Shown here one piece after another: positions 29,582-36,880 of a stretch of DNA of 36,880 nt (its first letter is position 1; the number at the start of each line of letters is the position of its first letter). The stretch lies in the sequence record SRR20825010_2067; one strand, written 5' to 3'. The notes under the pieces are model-generated. The model searched no databases and was not told where the DNA came from. It saw only the letters and a list, made by a program, of their open reading frames with translations. A program made the position numbers and the translations under genes.

Positions 29582-29634
29582 CCGTCGGGGCCACGCGCTG
29601 AAGACAGGGAGGGCCGGCAGTCGCAGCGCGATTG

Positions 29635-29643
29635 TGCTACAAT
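29635..29643 (+). promoter_or_regulatory. Putative extended -10 element
   Basis: TGCTACAAT 28 nt upstream of the ABM gene. Confidence 0.4.
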
Positions 29644-29671
29644 GGTCGTTTTCCCAGCGTAGTGACCCTCA

Positions 29672-30034
29672 ATGATCATAGTGAAAGGCTCCTTTCCCGT
29701 GAAAGAAGACGAACAGCCCCAGGCATTGGAGCTGGTGCAGGCGCTTGCCAGTGCGTCGCGGGGAGAGGGAGGGTGTCTGGCCTATGAGGTCTATCTGCAG
29801 GCGGATGCGCCCAGGGTGATCATGGTGTGGCAGCAGTGGTCAAACCTGGATGCGCTGGAAATCCATTTTGGCTCCGAGCATGTGGACGCCTTTCTCGATG
29901 CCATTCCCGACATGATTGATGGCGATGTCACCTCGGCCCGTTTTGATGTGTTGAGCATGGATGGCGATCCCATTGTGGAGGATGTCAGCGAGATCGCCCC
30001 TGTGGTGCTGGCGGATAACATCATTCTGCATTGA
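29672..30034 (+). CDS. ABM-family (putative quinol) monooxygenase
   Basis: SRGEGGCLAYEV, W..LDALEIH..SEH. Confidence 0.85.
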   Translation: MIIVKGSFPVKEDEQPQALELVQALASASRGEGGCLAYEVYLQADAPRVIMVWQQWSNLDALEIHFGSEHVDAFLDAIPDMIDGDVTSARFDVLSMDGDPIVEDVSEIAPVVLADNIILH

Positions 30035-30222
30035 TGCACAGGACGAGCCGTTCTGTGCCCGTCTATTGATCCTTCTTCTTCGCTGATTTTTGGCATGCCG
30101 CCGTTTCCGGTCGGTGTTGTGTCGTGGTTGGCCAGTGTCTCCCGTCGTGCTCTGCGTTACTCTGTCTGGCTCAGGCAAGGTCCGGCTCTCGCTGTGCCTT
30201 GGCAAGGTTGTCAGGAGTGCCC

Positions 30223-31152
30223 ATGAAAACCCGTATCGACTCCGTCGAAGACATTATTCGCAGCTTCTCCGAGCAGGGCTACATTTGCAGTGAGCGCATT
30301 GCGCTGGCGGTGTACCTGGCGGCGCAGCTGCATAAGCCTGTGCTGGTGGAAGGTCCGCCGGGCGTCGGTAAAACCGAGCTGGCCAAGGCTGCCGCCGCAT
30401 TTCTGGAGGCGCCGCTGATCCGCTTGCAGTGCTATGAAGGGCTGGATGAAAGCCGGGCGCTGTACGAGTGGAAGTACGGCAAGCAGTTGCTGTACACGCA
30501 ACTGCTGCGTGACAAGCTCGGTGGCATGCTGGCCGATACGGATAGTCTGGAAGCCAGCATGGATCGCCTGGGCGACCTGGGTGAGGCTTTCTACAGTGAA
30601 ACCTTCCTGGAGCCGCGCCCCTTGTTGCATGCGTTGCGCAGTGAGGAACCGGCAGTATTGTTGATCGATGAGATCGACAAGGCGGATCAGGAGTTCGAGG
30701 CGTTTCTGCTGGAGCTGTTGTCAGATTTCCAGATTTCCATTCCCGAGCTGGGCACGGTCAAGGCTCGCCATCAGCCCCTGGTGTTGCTGACCAGTAACGA
30801 CCAGCGTGAGCTGTCCGATGCGCTCAAACGCCGCTGCTTGCACTTGTATATCCCCTATCCCGAAGCCGAGCTGGAAGCAAATATCGTGGCGGCACGAGTG
30901 CCAGATCTGGATGCGCGTCTGCGTGATCAGTTGGTGGCGTTTATCCAGTACCTGCGCGAGCAGGACATGAAAAAATTGCCGGCCATTTCCGAAACCCTGG
31001 ACTGGGCCCGGGCCCTGGTGTTGTTGCATGCGGATTCGCTGGAGCAGGAATTGGTGGCGGATACGCTCAATCTGGTTTTGAAGACCGAGCAGGACGTGAC
31101 GTTGGCGCGGGAATTGTTGCCTGCCTGGTTGCGCAAACTGGGCAAACGCTGA
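30223..31152 (+). CDS. MoxR-family AAA+ ATPase, CoxD-like
   Basis: GPPGVGKT, RLQCYEG, LLIDEIDKAD.EFEAFLLE, LSDALKRRC; AGGAG RBS before ATG 30223. Confidence 0.92.
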   Translation: MKTRIDSVEDIIRSFSEQGYICSERIALAVYLAAQLHKPVLVEGPPGVGKTELAKAAAAFLEAPLIRLQCYEGLDESRALYEWKYGKQLLYTQLLRDKLGGMLADTDSLEASMDRLGDLGEAFYSETFLEPRPLLHALRSEEPAVLLIDEIDKADQEFEAFLLELLSDFQISIPELGTVKARHQPLVLLTSNDQRELSDALKRRCLHLYIPYPEAELEANIVAARVPDLDARLRDQLVAFIQYLREQDMKKLPAISETLDWARALVLLHADSLEQELVADTLNLVLKTEQDVTLARELLPAWLRKLGKR

Positions 31153-32525
31153 TGCCGGTTCGTCGCCTTTCAGAATTTGTGCAGGCGCTGCGTGGTGCGG
31201 GCTTGCGGATATCGCCGGATGAGGCCACCCAGGGCATGGATGCGGCGGCGCTGGTGGGGTATCAAGGGCGGCAACGCTTCCATGATGCGTTGGCGATGAC
31301 GCTGGTGAAGCGCGAAGAGGATCGCCCTGCATTTGAGGAAACCTTTGCACGTTTCTTTGCGGTGACGTCCGGCGTGGCGTCGGCCGGACCGCAAGACGGC
31401 GCCATGCCGGCGCCTGTAGAGGATGCGTGCGACCCGGCTGCGCAGGTGGATGACGGGCAGGCGGGGGATGGCGCAGAGAGCGATACTCCCGACCTGACGA
31501 CACAAACCCCTGCCGAGCTGGACCAGCGGCTGGCCGAGGCCGCGGCACAAATGGATTTCACCCAGATGGAGGTGATTACCCAACAGGGCCTGTACACCCG
31601 TCGTTTGCTGATGAACATGGGCATGGGTGCGGTGGACGACCGTATTCTGCAACTGGATCAGGGCGATGCGACGCGGCAGGCGCGGGCGGAAACACTGCGT
31701 CAGTGGCGGCGGGAGGTGCGTGAGCAGGCCGCCGACCATGTGCGCCGCCAGTTTCTGCTGCACGGTGCCGGCAAGGGCCGGGCGTTGCGCGAGCAAACCA
31801 TGCGCGCGGTGCCGTTCCGCCACTTGCGTGAATTCCAGGAAGTGAAAACCCTGGTGCGTCGCATGGCTCGACGCCTGGCCAGCCTGCACCAGCGGCGCAT
31901 GAAAAAAAGTCGTCGCGGCATGCTGGATGCCCGGCGGACCCTGGTGGCCGGTATTCGTCACGATGGGGTTCCTGCCCGATTGCACTGGCGCCAGCGGCCT
32001 GTGCAGAAAAGCAGGGTGATGGTGATTTGTGATGTTTCCAGCTCGGTGAGTGATGCCGCCCGCTTTCTTCTCCAGTTTCTCTACGCCATGAATGATGTGC
32101 TGCCACGGGTGCGCAGCTTCGCGTTCGCATCACGGTTTGATGAAATCAGCGAGGATTTTCAGCGCTACAGCCCGGACGTGGCGGTGGGGCGGGTACTGGA
32201 TCGGCTTTCCGGCAGTGGTACCGATTACGGTGAAATGTTTGCGGATTTCTGGCGCCGTTGCGAGCGGGAGCTGGATAGCCACACCACCGTTATCATTCTC
32301 GGCGATGCCCGCAACAATTATCTCCCGGAAGGTGCGGAAGTGTTGCAGCAGATTCGTCGGCGGGTGAAGCAGGTCTGGTGGCTGAACCCGGAAGCTCGCT
32401 CTCGCTGGAACAGTGGCGATGCGGTGATGGATCGTTATTTGCCCCACTGCCGGCTGGCGCGCCAGTGTGCGTCGTTGGACGATCTTGAGCGGATTGTGGA
32501 TTCGTTGCTCAAGGGGTTTAACTAG
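31152..32525 (+). CDS. VWA domain protein, CoxE-like
   Basis: MIDAS DVSSS, GTDYG, GDARNN, WLNPE; TGATG coupling to the ATPase. Confidence 0.9.
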   Translation: MPVRRLSEFVQALRGAGLRISPDEATQGMDAAALVGYQGRQRFHDALAMTLVKREEDRPAFEETFARFFAVTSGVASAGPQDGAMPAPVEDACDPAAQVDDGQAGDGAESDTPDLTTQTPAELDQRLAEAAAQMDFTQMEVITQQGLYTRRLLMNMGMGAVDDRILQLDQGDATRQARAETLRQWRREVREQAADHVRRQFLLHGAGKGRALREQTMRAVPFRHLREFQEVKTLVRRMARRLASLHQRRMKKSRRGMLDARRTLVAGIRHDGVPARLHWRQRPVQKSRVMVICDVSSSVSDAARFLLQFLYAMNDVLPRVRSFAFASRFDEISEDFQRYSPDVAVGRVLDRLSGSGTDYGEMFADFWRRCERELDSHTTVIILGDARNNYLPEGAEVLQQIRRRVKQVWWLNPEARSRWNSGDAVMDRYLPHCRLARQCASLDDLERIVDSLLKGFN

Positions 32526-32561
32526 CAGGTTGCTAGCATAGTGTTATTCAGGGATTAGTCA

Positions 32562-34982
32562 TTACGGTTTTTTGGGCGGCCGTGTCCCGCCATCACGGAG
32601 GATTTGTCGCAAGGTGGTTTGCAGGCGTGCCAGGTTCACCGGTTTGGCCAGATGCCCGATCATGCCCGCATCGTGGCAGGCATGGATCTTGTCCGGTATG
32701 GCGTGGGCTGTGAGGGCAATAATGGGCACCCAGGGCAGGCGGCCTTCCTGCTGCAGCTTGATCACTGCCCGCGAGGTCTCAAAGCCGTCCATGTCCGGCA
32801 TTTCGCAATCCATTAGTACCAGGTCGAAAGGCTGTTCTGCGGACATCAGTACAGCGATAGCTTCCAGCCCGCTCTCCGCAACTTCCGTCTCGTAGCCCAG
32901 CTTCTGGCACAGCCCTTCGGCCACCATCAGGTTGATGTGGTTGTCGTCCACGATCAGCAGGCGGCCGCCGGACAGGCCTGGCAGGCTGTCTGCGACGGGT
33001 TCCGAGGTAAAGGTATCGGCACGTTCCGTGGATGGGATGGGGAGCCGGAACCAGAAGCGCGAGCCCTGTTTGGGTTGGCTGTCCACACCGATTTCTCCTC
33101 CCATGATCTCTACCAGTTGCCGGCAAATGGCAAGCCCTAGGCCGGTGCCGCCATAGCGTCGACTGGTGGAGCTGTCGCCTTGCTGGAAGTGATCGAAGAG
33201 TCGGCGTTGTTGTTCTTCGGAGATGCCGATGCCGCTGTCCTGTACCTCAAAAAAAGCGTAATCCGCGTTGTCCGAGTCCCGTTGTACCCGCACGGTGATG
33301 GTGCCGTTGTCGGTGAATTTCACTGCGTTGCTGACCAGGTTTACCAGAATTTGTCGTAGCCGCACCGGGTCGCCAAGGCAGCGTTCACCCACGTGAGGGG
33401 CAATTTCCAGGGTCAGGGTGTTGGAGTGAACGTGCGCCTTGTGCTGGAACAGGGCCAGGGATTCATTGATCAGGTTAAACAGGTTAAAGCTGGTTTGCTC
33501 AATGGGCATTTTGCCCGCTTCGATACGGGAATAATCGAGAATGTCGTTGATCAGGTTTAGCAGGCTGTTGCCGGACTGTTCAATCACGTTCAGGTTGTGG
33601 CGTTGGTCATCATCCAGAGGGGTGCCCTTGAGCATGTCCACGGTGCCGATAATGCCGTTTAGTGGTGTGCGGATTTCGTGGCTCATGACTGCCAGAAATT
33701 CGCTGCGTGCACTGAGTGCGGCGTTCAGCTCGCCGGTGCGTTCGGTGACGCGCTGCTCCAGCTCTTCGTTGGCTTCACGCTGAATGCGCGCGTTTTCGCT
33801 TTTCAATACGGTCATGCGATGGGCCAGCGCAAACGACAACAACAGCGCTTCCGTAAAGGTACCAAGCTGCATGACGTTTTCCAGTATCCAGCCGCCATCG
33901 ATAAGCTGAAAGGTTTTCAGAATATAGGCGGTGGTCGCCAGTGCCACGGCAGTGAATGCCAGCAAAAAATAACGGGCCGGGCTGTAGCCCTGTCGGATCA
34001 ACCAGATAGACAGGGCGATGGCGATAAGCGGCCAGGGCAGGATAACGGCGGTGCTGGCCTGGATGAAAAAATGAAAATTGACCAGAGTTAGCGGTGCAAA
34101 GAGCGCCAATACGCTGGCGGTGGCCACCAACCAGCGGTTGATGGCGGGCGCGCGCTTTTTCAACTCCAGAAATTGGCAAGTAAACAGAATGGAAAATGCC
34201 AGCGTGAGCAGATTCAGGATGGGTAATGAGTAATGGTTCCACAGCGTGGCCTGGGGCCAGAGCCACTGATAGCTCAGGCCTTCCCGGGTAAACAGGTTTA
34301 GGGTGAACGTGCCCAGATAGAGAACATAAAGCAGGTAACTGCGGTCCCGGATGGAGACAAATATCAGCAGGTTGAACAGGAAAATGGCCACCATGGCGCC
34401 GAAATACAGCCCATGAAAAATGGACACCTGGGTGTCTTGCTGATTGAAGGCGATGGGAGACATCAGCGAGATTGGCAGCTCAATGACATTGTCGCCCTGG
34501 GCACGCAGCAGTAGATAACGTTGCGCATTCACCGGCAAATCAAGGGTGGACACCAGGTGATTGTGGGCAAAGGTGCGGGTGTCGAAGGGAACGCGATCAC
34601 CAAGTCGGTTGTGCCACAGCCGTGTGCCTTGCCGGTCGAACAGGTAGAGGTCGAGATAGTCTAGATGGGGGCGTCCCAGCCGGACAAACCACAAGGCCTG
34701 TTGGCTCTGGTTGTCGATCGGTACCAGAAACCACTGCAATCCTTCACGAAAGCCCAGTGAAGGGTACTTGTCGTGAATTTCTTCGCCTTCGCCATCGATA
34801 AAGGCCTGCAGGGCCATTTTCGGGCTATAGGCGTGCTGGCTATCGGCGAGCCATTGCATGCCGAGGGACGCCTGGTAGCTGTCCTGGTTGTCGGTGAGGG
34901 TCAGGCTGTGGGCTGACGTGGCCAGCACGAGCAGCAAAAGGCTGGCAATCCCCTGCCTGAAGATGACGAATCCCTGTGTCAT
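32562..34982 (-). CDS. Hybrid sensor histidine kinase with 7TM-DISM input (LadS-like architecture)
   Basis: Signal peptide, DISMED2-like region (SLGF..W, PHLDYLDLY, GDRVPF), 7 TM, MSHEIRTPLNG, NLVSNAVKFT, GGTGLGL, receiver DLVLMDCEMP; start 34982 or 35000. Confidence 0.9.
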   Translation of the reverse strand: MTQGFVIFRQGIASLLLLVLATSAHSLTLTDNQDSYQASLGMQWLADSQHAYSPKMALQAFIDGEGEEIHDKYPSLGFREGLQWFLVPIDNQSQQALWFVRLGRPHLDYLDLYLFDRQGTRLWHNRLGDRVPFDTRTFAHNHLVSTLDLPVNAQRYLLLRAQGDNVIELPISLMSPIAFNQQDTQVSIFHGLYFGAMVAIFLFNLLIFVSIRDRSYLLYVLYLGTFTLNLFTREGLSYQWLWPQATLWNHYSLPILNLLTLAFSILFTCQFLELKKRAPAINRWLVATASVLALFAPLTLVNFHFFIQASTAVILPWPLIAIALSIWLIRQGYSPARYFLLAFTAVALATTAYILKTFQLIDGGWILENVMQLGTFTEALLLSFALAHRMTVLKSENARIQREANEELEQRVTERTGELNAALSARSEFLAVMSHEIRTPLNGIIGTVDMLKGTPLDDDQRHNLNVIEQSGNSLLNLINDILDYSRIEAGKMPIEQTSFNLFNLINESLALFQHKAHVHSNTLTLEIAPHVGERCLGDPVRLRQILVNLVSNAVKFTDNGTITVRVQRDSDNADYAFFEVQDSGIGISEEQQRRLFDHFQQGDSSTSRRYGGTGLGLAICRQLVEIMGGEIGVDSQPKQGSRFWFRLPIPSTERADTFTSEPVADSLPGLSGGRLLIVDDNHINLMVAEGLCQKLGYETEVAESGLEAIAVLMSAEQPFDLVLMDCEMPDMDGFETSRAVIKLQQEGRLPWVPIIALTAHAIPDKIHACHDAGMIGHLAKPVNLARLQTTLRQILRDGGTRPPKKP

Positions 34983-35118
34983 TCCCGATCCTGTTATCAC
35001 TGTTATGTGGATACGGAGTTGGTGTTATTGATTCATTTTACAGAATTTACCGTAGTCACTGGAACTGTGCGACAAACAACGTCTCGAAATGGGTGACTTA
35101 ACGGAAAAGGAGTCCTGT

Positions 35119-35670
35119 ATGAAAGTCATTATGCGTAATGCACTGGTTCTGTCCTGTTCACTGATTGCTGCTCCGGGTGCGTTTGCGGCCGGTCCTTACA
35201 TTGGTGGTAACTACAGCCAGATTCAGTACGACAATGAAGAGTTTGACACGGACACCCTGAAAATTGACTCGGCCACGGTGAGTGCCGGGTTTGAGTTTAC
35301 CGATTTTCTGGCGCTGGAAGCGCGTGGTGGCTTGGGGTTTGATGAAGATTCCCAAGGTATCGCGGACTTCGAAATGGACCACCTGTACGGGGGGTACGTG
35401 AAGCTCGGCGCGCCCATTGGCGAAACAATCCGCCCGTATGTCATCGGCGGTTATACCAAGGTGAAAGGCAAGGTGTCGGCCAATGGTACGGTAGCCGGTG
35501 TAGATTACTCCTTCAGCGATACCGAAACGTTTGAAGACGAGTCTTATGGTGCGGGCCTGGATTTCAATATTACCGATACCGTTGGCGCCAACCTCGAATA
35601 CATGCGCTATGTGGATACCGATGAAGAAGAAATTTCCGGTATCAGCGTGGGGTTGCGTTCCGCGTTCTGA
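35119..35670 (+). CDS. Outer-membrane beta-barrel (OmpA-like porin family) protein
   Basis: AAGGAG RBS, signal peptide ending AFA, alternating strands, RPYVIGGY, C-terminal Phe. Confidence 0.88.
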   Translation: MKVIMRNALVLSCSLIAAPGAFAAGPYIGGNYSQIQYDNEEFDTDTLKIDSATVSAGFEFTDFLALEARGGLGFDEDSQGIADFEMDHLYGGYVKLGAPIGETIRPYVIGGYTKVKGKVSANGTVAGVDYSFSDTETFEDESYGAGLDFNITDTVGANLEYMRYVDTDEEEISGISVGLRSAF

Positions 35671-35695
35671 TTGCCGTAGCCAACTCAAGGATACG

Positions 35696-35724
35696 AAAAG
35701 CCCCTCCGAGTGAGGGGCTTTTTT
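35696..35724. terminator. Intrinsic terminator, probably bidirectional
   Basis: AAAAGCCCCTC-CGAGT-GAGGGGCTTTTTT between convergent genes. Confidence 0.9.
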
Positions 35725-35754
35725 GTGGTGGCTGGGGCTGCCTGTTGGCGGGCT

Positions 35755-36880
35755 TTAATCTCCGGGTGCTGCTGCGTTGATCGCTTTTTCCAGGTTGGGA
35801 CGGAATGCGGTGTTCACCCCGAGTTTCATCATGGTCCAGTAATGCCCGCTGATGACCCGTTCGACCAGCAGACTGCGCGATGAGGGCTGGAATTTGAGCA
35901 TCTGCTCCAGCGGGGTGCGTTTCACCTGACGCATGATGTCGGTATGCAGCTGTGAATCTGCGAAATCGTAGGGCTCGTCATCAAAGGCGCGCAGCAACAG
36001 CTCGATCCAGACGGCATAAAAATCATCGCTGACCCGGGTATCTTTTTTGCGGGCGCCTAGCTCCAGTAGCAGGGTGTCCAGAGCGCCCCATTCCCTGTTG
36101 ATGGCGGTGCGCACCAGGCGTTTCAGCAATTCGGCATCCTGCTCGGGCAGGCGCTTTACCGCGCCAAAGTCGTAGATCACGATGGTGCCATCCGGGCGGA
36201 AGGCAAAGTTGCCCGGGTGAGGGTCACAATGGACTGCACGTAACTGAAAGATTTGCTGGCCGATGGCATCGAAGAGTCGTTCGCCCAACTGGTTACGGGT
36301 GCTCTGGTCGAAGCCGTGGGCATCGTCCACCTGGTCCAGAGGGGTGCCGGTTTCGTAGCTCAGTGTCAGCACCTTCTCGCTGGAGAGGGCGGGGAAAACC
36401 TGGGGGATCACCAGCCAGGGCTGGTCCTGGTGGAAGACCTGAAAATGCTCCAGGTTATTGGCTTCCTGCCGGTAATCCAGCTCCTCATGGAGCTGATTGC
36501 GAATTTCCCTGAATACCGCATCCAGTGCTGCTTCATCCACTTTCAGCAAGCTGCCCAGGCGTAGAATGCGGCGTAGGTGTTTCATGTCCGAATCAATGGA
36601 TTCCTTGACCGCTGGGTATTGCACTTTTACCACTACCTCGGAGCCGTCCGGAGTCAGCGCATAGTGCACCTGGCCAATGGAGGCTGCGGCAAAGGGTTGT
36701 TCATCGAACCGGGTGAATAATTCGTTCAGTGGCGCGCCGAGTTCGCGCTCCAGTTGCCGGCGTATCACATGGAACGGCATGGGGGCGGAGGCGTTCTGGA
36801 GTACTTTCAGTTGATCACTGATTTCGGCGGGCAGGATGTCCTGCATCTGTGAGGCAATCTGGCCGACTTTCATGACCGCG
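35755..36880 (-). CDS. AarF/ABC1/UbiB kinase family protein (5' truncated by window)
   Basis: MKVGQ, PFAAASIGQVH, VVVKVQYP, EELDY..EA, HCDPHPGN, DFG; frame open to window edge. Confidence 0.93.
   Translation of the reverse strand, partial: AVMKVGQIASQMQDILPAEISDQLKVLQNASAPMPFHVIRRQLERELGAPLNELFTRFDEQPFAAASIGQVHYALTPDGSEVVVKVQYPAVKESIDSDMKHLRRILRLGSLLKVDEAALDAVFREIRNQLHEELDYRQEANNLEHFQVFHQDQPWLVIPQVFPALSSEKVLTLSYETGTPLDQVDDAHGFDQSTRNQLGERLFDAIGQQIFQLRAVHCDPHPGNFAFRPDGTIVIYDFGAVKRLPEQDAELLKRLVRTAINREWGALDTLLLELGARKKDTRVSDDFYAVWIELLLRAFDDEPYDFADSQLHTDIMRQVKRTPLEQMLKFQPSSRSLLVERVISGHYWTMMKLGVNTAFRPNLEKAINAAAPGD

Noticed and set aside
35001-35118. CsrB/RsmY-like sRNA next to the LadS-like kinase
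   Set aside because: Few GGA motifs, no repeated GGA hairpins and no terminator
1-36880. Prophage, IS, integron, defence island, tRNA or rRNA
   Set aside because: No integrase, transposase, structural phage, nuclease-type defence or stable-RNA signatures recognised; no obvious compositional break by eye

Overview
GC-rich gammaproteobacterial chromosome segment; gene content and protein style suggest Alcanivorax or a related marine Oceanospirillales (inference, not a database result). 1-8884 is the end of the S10 operon plus the spc and alpha ribosomal protein operons (rpsQ partial to rplQ, including secY, rpmJ and rpoA). It is followed by three accessory genes (DOPA 4,5-dioxygenase family, hypothetical, exported glycerophosphodiester phosphodiesterase), uvrA with an SOS box, a CsgD/VpsT-like LuxR regulator, a YajR-like MFS, ssb and a partial type II secretion locus (gspN-C-D). 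The remainder holds a membrane class III adenylate cyclase plus lipoprotein pair, an epoxide hydrolase plus MazG-like pair, a two-domain fatty acyl-CoA reductase divergent from a FabR/DesT-like TetR, a small CxxC protein, a nitroreductase, an ABM monooxygenase, a CoxD/CoxE-like MoxR-VWA pair, a LadS-like 7TM-DISM hybrid kinase, an outer-membrane beta-barrel and a truncated ABC1/UbiB kinase. No mobile element, CRISPR array, tRNA or rRNA was seen. The best unexplained signals are non-coding: (1) a candidate ~75-nt three-hairpin sRNA (25362-25436) behind an FNR/ANR-like box at class II promoter spacing; (2) three FabR-type operators between the acyl-CoA reductase and its divergent TetR; (3) two heptamer-repeat hairpins immediately after stop codons.
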